From: Calditrichia bacterium
GTDB lineage: Bacteria > Calditrichota > Calditrichia > RBG-13-44-9 > J075
Assembly (NCBI GenBank): GCA_028284445.1
Contig: JANQRS010000052.1
Span: forward strand, 22,988-86,987
Length of the DNA: 64,000 nucleotides
Reading direction: 5' to 3'
A program made the position numbers and the translations under genes. Below are positions 56,208 to 64,000 of this stretch, in pieces. Numbering within the stretch: the stretch's first letter is position 1; each line of letters opens with the position of its first letter. Under the pieces are notes generated by a model, which searched no databases, was not told the DNA's origin, and worked only from the letters and a program-made list of their open reading frames with translations.

Positions 56208-57863
56208 ATGAAAAACAGCAGGGCAAATACCAGAACACGCACCCCGGACTTTGATGCTTCCATCAAGTCACGGTTGGTAACGCGTATTGCATTTCTGCTG
56301 AGTGGGCTCACCTTTCTGATAATCCTCCTCTTTGGACTCTACAACTACAATAAGCACGTTGACCTGATCCTCGAAAACCTGCAGAATCAGCTGCAGCTTG
56401 CCGCGAACACAATTGCTATATCGATTGATGGCAATAAATACGAGACGTTGAGCGGACGGGAATCGATGGGCACTCCGGAGTACGAGGAAATTATGGGCGC
56501 CCTGAGAGATTTCATGGTTAATGAATACCTTGGATTTGAAGAAAACAACGTTTATACCTTTCGGCGAATTTCAGAAGATAGCCTGCAGTTTACGGCTATG
56601 CTTCAGGAGCAATATGTCGGTGATACTTACGCAATTCGCGCGGAAATGCTGCCAACCCTCGAACACGGAATCCCATCCTATACCGGCATTTATGAAGATA
56701 AAGTTGGTCAGTGGGTGTCTGCTTATGCCCCGATCCGCAACAGCGAAGGCGCCGTTGTCGGACTGGTTGAAGTTGACTTCAAAGACAATGTTTATCTCAT
56801 GGCGGTTCGTGAGGAATTGACCTCATTGATCCTTTTTTCTGCTTTCGGCGTGCTGCTCTCGCTTCTACTCGCGGTTTTCCTGAGTCGTCAGATTTCCAAA
56901 CCCGTGGTTCAAATTTCAAAAGCTGTTGTTGAATTCTCGGATGGCAATTTTGACCTTGCTGTGCCAGTGAGCACCAGGGATGAAATTGGTCAATTGGGGC
57001 GGGCATTCAATTATATGGTGAGCGAGATAAAGGAAAAGGAATTTATCCGCAACAAGAACAAGGAGCTTACCGAAGCTTATCGACAACTTGATATGCTAAA
57101 TCAATCCCTGACGGAAGCCAATCGCTTGAAGTCCGAATTCCTGAGCATAGCGGCCCATGACTTGAAGAATCCGCTGCAGGTCATTATGGGTTTTTCTGAA
57201 ATGATTCTGGATACCCCTGAACAGAACCCGAAAGTGTATCGTAATGCAGACAAAATTGCTACCGGCACGCGGCGTATGTTACGCATTATTGGTCAATTGC
57301 TGGATACAACCATGATGGAAAGCGGAAAATTGGCGCTTCAGCGAGAGCCGGTGGCGCTGGCCGATATTGTTCGCAAGGTTGTTCAGAACAATCGTCCACG
57401 GGCTAAGAGCAAGTTTCAACGACTGGTTTTCTCAGAAAAGGATGAATGCCTGGTCTCATGTGACCCGGAGAGGATGTACCAGGTTGTTGACAATTTGATC
57501 AGCAATGCGATCAAGTTTTCACCCCCGGAAAAGAACATTATCGTTCGAACCTATTGTCATACCACTCCGGCCGGCGTGAATGGAAAGGCAATCCTCGAGA
57601 TACAGGATCACGGCCCGGGATTGACGGAGGAAGACAAAGAGCAGCTCTTCGGCAAATTTGCCAGATTGTCTGCTGTGCCGACAGGCGGTGAGTCGTCAAC
57701 CGGACTAGGTCTATCGGTCGTGAAGCAGCTAATCGAACTGCATGACGGCAAGGTTTGGGCCGAGAGCGACGGGCCCGGAACCGGTGCGACATTCTTTGTG
57801 CAACTTAATCGCCTGCCTTCCGATAGGCCGGTTGGTACCGTCATGGGGAAATCAAACTTCTGA
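56208..57863 (+). CDS. Membrane sensor histidine kinase with a periplasmic Cache-like domain and HAMP
   Basis: Two TM helices; W.SAYAPIRNSEG; HAMP RDEIGQLGRAFN; AHDLKNPL; NLISNAIKFS; DHGPG; STGLGLS. Confidence 0.9.
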   Translation: MKNSRANTRTRTPDFDASIKSRLVTRIAFLLSGLTFLIILLFGLYNYNKHVDLILENLQNQLQLAANTIAISIDGNKYETLSGRESMGTPEYEEIMGALRDFMVNEYLGFEENNVYTFRRISEDSLQFTAMLQEQYVGDTYAIRAEMLPTLEHGIPSYTGIYEDKVGQWVSAYAPIRNSEGAVVGLVEVDFKDNVYLMAVREELTSLILFSAFGVLLSLLLAVFLSRQISKPVVQISKAVVEFSDGNFDLAVPVSTRDEIGQLGRAFNYMVSEIKEKEFIRNKNKELTEAYRQLDMLNQSLTEANRLKSEFLSIAAHDLKNPLQVIMGFSEMILDTPEQNPKVYRNADKIATGTRRMLRIIGQLLDTTMMESGKLALQREPVALADIVRKVVQNNRPRAKSKFQRLVFSEKDECLVSCDPERMYQVVDNLISNAIKFSPPEKNIIVRTYCHTTPAGVNGKAILEIQDHGPGLTEEDKEQLFGKFARLSAVPTGGESSTGLGLSVVKQLIELHDGKVWAESDGPGTGATFFVQLNRLPSDRPVGTVMGKSNF

Positions 57864-57903
57864 TTCAGGAACAGCCCCTTTGAAATTACCCCTAACACCT
57901 GAT

Positions 57904-58587
57904 ATGGCCTATCGATTTGATGGCTTGTATCAATGGCTCCATCGAAAATATGAATTGGAGATGGTCAAACTTGATATTGCCGGCCATTCATTCAAACTTT
58001 ATAAAGTCGCCGATGTTGATGCTGCCCTCGAACTTGCGGCTGCTGAAGGAACTACCGGCAATGATCTCGCGCCATATTGGGCGGAACTATGGCCGTCAGC
58101 CCGCGCTTTGTCTGACTACATTCTGAACGGAGCAAACATGGACGGAAAGCAGGTTCTTGAGATAGGCTGCGGTCTTGGCTTGGTGGGAATGGCCTGTCAC
58201 AAGGCCGGTGCGGATGTACTGCTGACAGACTTATTACCGGACGCCCTGCGGATCAGCGAGCTGAACTGGATTGTTAACTTTCAGGAATCGCCGGAAATTG
58301 CATCCCTGGATTGGCGCGTGCCGCCAAGCGGACAGGCCTTCGAATGTATTGTTGCTGCCGACGTGCTCTACGAGAAGCAAGCCTTCCTGCCGATATTACA
58401 CACCTTTGAGATGTTACTTGCGAGAGATGGTCGTATTCTTCTGGCTGAACCCAATCGCCCCATTGCCGCGGAATTTTTCGCATTGCTGAAAGCACGCGGC
58501 TTTTCTGCGCGTCAATTCACCCGTGAGGTGACTACTGACGGTCGGGTATCCACTGTTTCAATTTACGAGATCCAACGTCAATCCTGA
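57904..58587 (+). CDS. Class I SAM-dependent methyltransferase (METTL21/lysine-methyltransferase-like)
   Basis: PYWAELWPSA, VLEIGCGLGLVG, LLTD, LDW, AADVLY. Confidence 0.85.
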   Translation: MAYRFDGLYQWLHRKYELEMVKLDIAGHSFKLYKVADVDAALELAAAEGTTGNDLAPYWAELWPSARALSDYILNGANMDGKQVLEIGCGLGLVGMACHKAGADVLLTDLLPDALRISELNWIVNFQESPEIASLDWRVPPSGQAFECIVAADVLYEKQAFLPILHTFEMLLARDGRILLAEPNRPIAAEFFALLKARGFSARQFTREVTTDGRVSTVSIYEIQRQS

Positions 58588-59453
58588 CGGACCACGGTTT
58601 GTTGTGTCAGGAATTGCGTGACCGTTTCAACGAAGGCTTCGGGCTTTTCCCGTGGCGGTAAATGGCCGCATTCATGAAAGATTTCCAGCCGAGCACTCGG
58701 GAGCTTGGCGACCGCCTTTTCGGCCCCGGGTAATGGAAAAAGCCGGTCCGTGTCGCCATGAATAAGCAGAGACTCCACTCGTAGCTCAGAAAGTTTGTCG
58801 GCAAAGCTGGAAAGGGCGCCACGAGGTGTTAGTTCGTGCTCGAGAAAGGCCTCCCAGGTTGGATGCGTGCCGGCGGCATTAAGAGCTTGCACGGCATCTT
58901 CTACCAGTTCCGGTGTCACCTTTTCCCGGTCGTAAAACAGATTGAAAAGGCCCATCTTCACCAGAAAGGCATTCCGCTGCAGCAAAGGACGCAGAAATTT
59001 CTTTTGCAGTGGTAGGCGGCTGGCCAGCCAGGTCATTTTGCCTCCCGGAATAGTTTCATCCAGGGCGTAGCTATCAACGAGCACCAGTCGCCGAATGGTT
59101 TCAGGATGCTGTAGGCCATAGCCAATGGAAATGCCGCCACCCATAGAAAGTCCCATGAGGTCGAAGCGTTTCAATCCTAGCGCAGAAAGAATCCGCGGAA
59201 GGAAGTCTATGTGAAAGGGGAAGGGATTTTGCCCGTTCAATTCCGGCCGCTGGCTGCGGCCATAGCCCGGCAGGTCGATTGCCACAACAGAAAAAGTTTC
59301 TGAGAGCCGTTGGAGCACATGCTTCCAGGCAAAGCCGGAGTGGTCGCTACCGCCGCCGTGGAGCATGACCAATGGCAGGTCCGATTGTCCACCGCTTCGA
59401 TAGAAGATGTTTAGCCCGTCTACTTCAACAAAGTTTTCAGATATCCCGGTCAT
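58578..59453 (-). CDS. Alpha/beta-fold hydrolase
   Basis: LHGGG, DLPGYGRS, nucleophile GLSMGG, HGDTD, CGH. Confidence 0.9.
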   Translation of the reverse strand: MTGISENFVEVDGLNIFYRSGGQSDLPLVMLHGGGSDHSGFAWKHVLQRLSETFSVVAIDLPGYGRSQRPELNGQNPFPFHIDFLPRILSALGLKRFDLMGLSMGGGISIGYGLQHPETIRRLVLVDSYALDETIPGGKMTWLASRLPLQKKFLRPLLQRNAFLVKMGLFNLFYDREKVTPELVEDAVQALNAAGTHPTWEAFLEHELTPRGALSSFADKLSELRVESLLIHGDTDRLFPLPGAEKAVAKLPSARLEIFHECGHLPPREKPEAFVETVTQFLTQQTVVRQD

Positions 59454-59460
59454 AGCACTT

Positions 59461-59904
59461 CTACTTGTCGTTCTCCAGTTGTGAAAGCATCAGGTGATAC
59501 TTGTGATATTTCCGAATGCGTTCAAGATCTTTGTCACGTATGTCGGGCAGTCGCCGCACATTCATGTTGTCTTCGAGATCGCCAATTTTAACTTTCCGGG
59601 CAATAGCATTGTCTGCAATCTTGTGAATATAGGCCTCATAGCTGTCGGATGCTCGATGCGTCATCCGATCAACAGCCGCAACAATTTCCTCGGAAAATCC
59701 GGCACTCCTGAGATCTGCCAACGTGCAATCAGTATCCTCCACCACATCATGCAACACTGCGACGATGCGGGTCGCCTCATCCGGCATTTTCATCATGATT
59801 CGCAAGGGGTGGAGAATGTAGGGGAGCCCTGATTTGTCTGTTTGGCCCTTGTGCGCCTCAACTGCAATTGCGATTGCTTTTTCGAGTGGATTCATCTGGG
59901 ACAT
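59461..59904 (-). CDS. Stand-alone HD-domain protein (RelA/SpoT hydrolase-like)
   Basis: AHKGQTDKSGLPYILHP, LHDVVEDT, KIGDLEDN. Confidence 0.82.
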   Translation of the reverse strand: MSQMNPLEKAIAIAVEAHKGQTDKSGLPYILHPLRIMMKMPDEATRIVAVLHDVVEDTDCTLADLRSAGFSEEIVAAVDRMTHRASDSYEAYIHKIADNAIARKVKIGDLEDNMNVRRLPDIRDKDLERIRKYHKYHLMLSQLENDK

Positions 59905-60058
59905 CCTTCTTCTGCATGAATATATCTGTCACTACTTAATCATCTGATTGATGCGATTCAAGCAAATTTTCAATCATCGGCCTTCCTGAATTTCAATTTG
60001 ACTGAAAGAGGCATTCGCTATATCTTTATCTGGCAATAAACCTTTGACAGGACTTAAG

Positions 60059-60913
60059 ATGGCAGCTAAAAACGGTGCGTCTGATGCCCACCGCTCCCGG
60101 GACCGCCTTGGAGATATTATTTTCGGAACGGAAACGCCGGCCGGAAAAACCTTCGATCTTATTCTAATTATCGCCATTCTTGTTAGTGTCGCAGTGGTGA
60201 TGCTGGAAAGTACCGAGTATTTTCGCACTAACTATGGCCCTCTGCTCACCGGCCTAGAATGGGGATTTACTATTCTCTTTACCGTTGAGTATTTGATGCG
60301 GCTCTATACTGCTGCTAGGCCGTGGCGCTATGCCCGAAGCTTCTTCGGCATAGTTGATCTACTATCTATCATACCTACCTATATCAGCTACTTCTTCCCG
60401 GGTACCCAGGTTCTCGTAGCCATCCGAACCTTGCGTATTTTGCGGGTGTTCAGGGTGTTGAAGTTGGTTAAATTTGTGCGTGAGGCAGGCGTACTTGGGC
60501 GGGCGATTGTCGCGAGTCGGCACAAGATCATTGTCTTTCTCTATACGGTATTGGTGCTGGCTGTAATAGTCGGTTCGTTGATGTACCTGATAGAGGGTGA
60601 GGAGCATGGATTTACTAGTATCCCTCGCTCGATCTATTGGGCGATTGTCACCGTGACGACGGTTGGTTATGGAGATATTACGCCGCAGACAGTTGCCGGG
60701 CAGACACTATCCGCTTTCCTGATGATAATGGGATATGCAATTATCGCGGTGCCTACCGGGATCGTTACAACCGAGTTGGCTCGTGAGGAAATGCGTTCAA
60801 CTGCCCGTCTGATGTGTAGGAGCTGCAATACAGAAGGACATGATCCGGATGCCGCATATTGTAAGTTCTGCGGGGAAGCGTTGATCAATCATCTAAATGC
60901 GCAGCGTGAATGA
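60059..60913 (+). CDS. Voltage-gated-type potassium channel (ion transporter) with a C-terminal zinc ribbon
   Basis: S4-like IRTLRILRVFRVLKL; filter TTVGYGD; C-terminal CRSC...CKFC. Confidence 0.92.
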   Translation: MAAKNGASDAHRSRDRLGDIIFGTETPAGKTFDLILIIAILVSVAVVMLESTEYFRTNYGPLLTGLEWGFTILFTVEYLMRLYTAARPWRYARSFFGIVDLLSIIPTYISYFFPGTQVLVAIRTLRILRVFRVLKLVKFVREAGVLGRAIVASRHKIIVFLYTVLVLAVIVGSLMYLIEGEEHGFTSIPRSIYWAIVTVTTVGYGDITPQTVAGQTLSAFLMIMGYAIIAVPTGIVTTELAREEMRSTARLMCRSCNTEGHDPDAAYCKFCGEALINHLNAQRE

Positions 60914-62728
60914 GAGTCGAAGCTGACGCAAAAATTCAGTACTTAAAATCTCCGTGTTTTCATCTGTCCCAAGAAATCCGAGGATATCTATTTGTAAGTT
61001 TGTGAGCGGACTATATCCTAGGCCGTAGAGGAAATCCGTGCTGCTGGCATTGGTCTTGTCCTGGCGGCTGGTTGATACCGTTGTGTTGTCGATCAGGCGA
61101 ACGTCGGTGGTGTTGTCGCTAAATTGAGTGGTCACCACCCGGGGTTGGGCATCTGTTACTTCAAAACGATCATTCTCCACTCGCTTCACGAAATCGAAGA
61201 GGGCTCCGAAGCGGAGCCGCCATTTCTGGCTTTTGGTCAGACTGTATTCGATACCCACCGGTAAAATAATGCGATGTTCTTCACTGGAAAACGTTAATGC
61301 ACCACTGGCTGTTTCATTTACTACCTGGTCAAAGTCATTACCGCGCGTGGCGTCGATGACCTCGAAACTGTTGTTTTGGGCAACCAGGAATTCCTGATCG
61401 CCGTCGCGGTCAACTTTGGAATAACGGTAGGTTGCACCAATCCCGAATGTGAGCCGCTCATCGAGCGGGGCATTCACCTGGGCCGAAAAGGCAATACGAT
61501 CGAAGGTGCCGCTGTTTGCTGCGACCGTCGATTGAGACGCGTTGATGGCTGAATTGATATCAGTGCGCAAGGTATCGCTGCCATCAAATACGCTTTGATT
61601 TCGAATGACGCTCCCGGCATTGTCGAAGTCATAATCAAGCCACATACGGGTATAGTCCACGCCGAATTTCCAGAAACCGTCATAGCGCCGCTCATCGCCA
61701 GCGTTGAAGACCTGCTTCAATGAAAATCCGCTATGAAAGCCGTCGGCCAAATTTGTAATGCTGCTGATATCGGTTTGCGTTTCCTGGAAATTGTCCTGGA
61801 AGCCATTTATCTCGCTGTTGAAATTGGCGAAGCTGCCGTCGTATGTATCAAAGATGCTGCGGGTTTGCTTCTCCTGGCGATAACCGGCATCGAGGCGAAA
61901 TTCAACGTTACGCAGATTGCCGATCCTTAGCCGCGACATTGCCGATCCGGAAATCAGGGTAAATCTACCTTTGTTCTCCGTTAAAAAGTTGCCGAATTCG
62001 CTCTGCAGAAAGTTCGGTAGATTGGTAGGCAGGTTGACCACTCGAAAGTCGAAGCCGGAGCTGGCTGCACCTTTTTCAACGCCCAGAAGCGGGCCGGTAC
62101 CGCTTCCGTAGATGCCATCTGCAGTGGTCGATTTGTCACCATCACGACCATAGGCCAGACGCAGCCCAAGCGTCCAGCGTCCTGAAAGGTAGCTGTAGTT
62201 GTTTACCAGCATAAACATGCGCGTCGAGGGAAAATTGCGTCGTTCCTGGAAGATTGTCTGTCTGATATCAAAAAGGCCATCGCTATCTACGTCCAGCAAT
62301 TCGGTGTGGTTGTTTTGAACGCTGCCCTCTTCAAAAATATCATCAAAACCATCCAGATCACTATCTATCGCAATTGGGGCAGAAGCCCGGTTGTTGCGAA
62401 AGCGAACCAGCAATGATCCCCAGAGGTTCGGGAATAACCTGCTTTGGGAGGCGACGCCAATCAGGTACTCGTTATCGGATTGATTTTGCAACACCTGTTC
62501 GTCGCCTGAAGTCAGGTTGCTGAGATTGGTGAAAATATGCGTGCCTTCAACGAAACGTAATTCAATTGGGTCGAAAACAAGGTCGAGATTATCAGGAATG
62601 GTTCCGGCCAGCGCGCGATTGCGAAAGGAAAGAGGGGCGTCGGTGTTGGCCGGTGAGTATGTTTGGGCAAATATCAGGGTGGAACCGGAGATCAATAACA
62701 GGAGTAGCGCGGTGTAGAGTGACTTCAT
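60893..62728 (-). CDS. Hypothetical outer-membrane beta-barrel protein
   Basis: GGAGG RBS before ATG 62728 and a signal peptide. Alternating amphipathic strands (WTLGLRLAYG, FGIGATYRY, LPVGIEY, LRFGA, YGLGY); ends LRLSFTLRI. Confidence 0.65.
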   Translation of the reverse strand: MKSLYTALLLLLISGSTLIFAQTYSPANTDAPLSFRNRALAGTIPDNLDLVFDPIELRFVEGTHIFTNLSNLTSGDEQVLQNQSDNEYLIGVASQSRLFPNLWGSLLVRFRNNRASAPIAIDSDLDGFDDIFEEGSVQNNHTELLDVDSDGLFDIRQTIFQERRNFPSTRMFMLVNNYSYLSGRWTLGLRLAYGRDGDKSTTADGIYGSGTGPLLGVEKGAASSGFDFRVVNLPTNLPNFLQSEFGNFLTENKGRFTLISGSAMSRLRIGNLRNVEFRLDAGYRQEKQTRSIFDTYDGSFANFNSEINGFQDNFQETQTDISSITNLADGFHSGFSLKQVFNAGDERRYDGFWKFGVDYTRMWLDYDFDNAGSVIRNQSVFDGSDTLRTDINSAINASQSTVAANSGTFDRIAFSAQVNAPLDERLTFGIGATYRYSKVDRDGDQEFLVAQNNSFEVIDATRGNDFDQVVNETASGALTFSSEEHRIILPVGIEYSLTKSQKWRLRFGALFDFVKRVENDRFEVTDAQPRVVTTQFSDNTTDVRLIDNTTVSTSRQDKTNASSTDFLYGLGYSPLTNLQIDILGFLGTDENTEILSTEFLRQLRLSFTLRI

Positions 62729-62759
62729 TAGGCCTCCGCCAGTTGCGTCGTGAATCTGG

Positions 62760-64000
62760 TTATTGCGATGATATTTCGATATCGTCGATACCAATTCCAT
62801 CCGTGGGAAATGAAAAGTTGTCGGCCTGCTGCCATTTTATTTTGTAGGTAGCGCTGTAGGGTTGTTGCCCGGCCACCTCGCGTAGGTTGAACTCGTTGCG
62901 CACCCAAAGAAAGGGGGCTGCCTGAAACGCCATAATGGTCGTCCAGGAATCGCCGTCGCTACTTACCTGAACGAAGTCTTCGACATTCGTAACTTCGTCG
63001 TCAAATGTATTACTGTAAAACCTTAGAAACAAATCCGCATTTGCAGGGATGCTGGAAAGATCTACCGTGAGGATTGCCTCGTTAATATTGTAGACGCCAT
63101 CGCGCGCAACGTCCATCAATAGCATGTATTGGCCACCGTGGGCCAGAGTGTCACGACGGGTGATGCGGCCATCAACAGTGGATGAGAAAAAGCGCCAGCG
63201 GCGTGTGGGCTCGGATTCGAAATCCTCAACGATGTTCGTGAATGGTGCGGGTGGGCGAATGGTGATGAAGTCAGGCGACAGGTTACGCGCTTCGTGATCG
63301 CTAAAGCTGTTGTAGGCCCCAACCATGTAGCCGTAACTGGAATCTGCTGCTAAACTGGCAAGCGTATCTTCGTCCACAAACTCGTTGGAGGTGTTGGGCA
63401 CAGTGGCAATAACTTCCGCGCTTTCATTGCCTCGCTGCCGGTAAATGCGATATTGATCGTTGGCGTTGGAGTTATCAGTCCAGGAAAGACGCACGGATCG
63501 CAGACCGGGAACTTGTGACAAGATTGTCAGATCCGGGGCAATTAGCCGGTAGCTATTGAGAACCGTAAGCGTCCCTGAGCGATTGGTTTCTTCGAAGTCA
63601 TTTAAGGCCGTGACCTGATAATCATATGTTTGGTTTGCCGATAGTCCGTTGTCATCAACAAAACTGGTGTCTGCAGAGGTGCCTATGGCGCTAAAAGTTG
63701 CTGAAGGCGCCGTGGAAATCTTGCGGTAAATTCGATATCTGCTGGCGGATTCTGCGCGGTTTTGCCAGTTTAAGCGAATCGCTTCATTTGTGGTGGTCAG
63801 GTTTTGACTGGAAAGATTATAGGGCGTTTCAAAAATCGGGGTCCTTATGCGGATTGTATCTTCACTAAAAAGGCCGTTACGATCCAGGGTGACCAAGCGG
63901 TAGTTGTAAAATGTGTTGGGCTGAATGCCCGATGTGTCCGTGTAGCTTGTTTGGGCAACATTCGCGGTAGTGCTGACCACCTCTTGATCGCGATAAAGTT
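62760..64000 (-). CDS. Fibronectin type III repeat protein, C-terminal part; the 5' end lies beyond the window
   Basis: FN3 motifs LNWQN..YRIYRK..FVD..YDYQVTA and LSWTDNS..YRIYR..FVD..Y.VGAYN. Final beta-sandwich EDFES...DGIGIDDIEI. Confidence 0.75.
   Translation of the reverse strand, partial: LYRDQEVVSTTANVAQTSYTDTSGIQPNTFYNYRLVTLDRNGLFSEDTIRIRTPIFETPYNLSSQNLTTTNEAIRLNWQNRAESASRYRIYRKISTAPSATFSAIGTSADTSFVDDNGLSANQTYDYQVTALNDFEETNRSGTLTVLNSYRLIAPDLTILSQVPGLRSVRLSWTDNSNANDQYRIYRQRGNESAEVIATVPNTSNEFVDEDTLASLAADSSYGYMVGAYNSFSDHEARNLSPDFITIRPPAPFTNIVEDFESEPTRRWRFFSSTVDGRITRRDTLAHGGQYMLLMDVARDGVYNINEAILTVDLSSIPANADLFLRFYSNTFDDEVTNVEDFVQVSSDGDSWTTIMAFQAAPFLWVRNEFNLREVAGQQPYSATYKIKWQQADNFSFPTDGIGIDDIEISSQ

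Noticed and set aside
1..64000. Mobile elements, prophage, diversity-generating retroelement, tRNA or rRNA genes
   Set aside because: I saw no transposase, integrase, reverse transcriptase, phage structural gene, tRNA cloverleaf or rRNA signature. The LTD duplication differs at synonymous sites generally, not at adenines as in a TR/VR pair.

Overview
A 64-kb bacterial chromosomal segment of roughly 50% GC with about 50 densely packed genes. I found no rRNA, tRNA, CRISPR array, transposase or prophage gene. The NYPNPFNP/FlgD-Ig C-terminal sorting domains, gene order and promoter shapes suggest an FCB-group organism such as Calditrichota or KSB1 (inference). In order, the window holds: a degenerate M23 membrane protein and a TPR protein; two large secreted lamin-tail-domain proteins; a LytS/LytTR system with an NTF2-like protein and a twin-domain aspartic protease; a minus-strand amine catabolism operon (M20 hydrolase, Eat-type permease, gamma-glutamyl ligase, SDR, ALDH) joined to speE-speB, whose spacers hold a repeated hairpin plus heptamer-repeat element; a housekeeping block (yrbG-like antiporter, FAH protein, methylmalonyl-CoA mutase, birA, coaX, two kinases, mutS, HU, bamD, nadD, accBC, gcvH, mltG, uvrD/pcrA); a double ZU5-like lipoprotein; a degenerate REC-GGDEF protein; a giant TPR and TolB-like pair; a nucleosidase-like gene coupled to a spore-photoproduct-lyase-like radical SAM gene; and a beta-barrel plus FN3 pair cut by the window end. 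The best candidates for new biology are the nucleosidase/SPL-like pair, the hybrid gamma-glutamylation/polyamine operon with its modular intergenic repeats, the LTD proteins with no visible catalytic domain, and the HFS-motif ZU5-like lipoprotein. All calls come from reading motifs by eye; no database searches were run.
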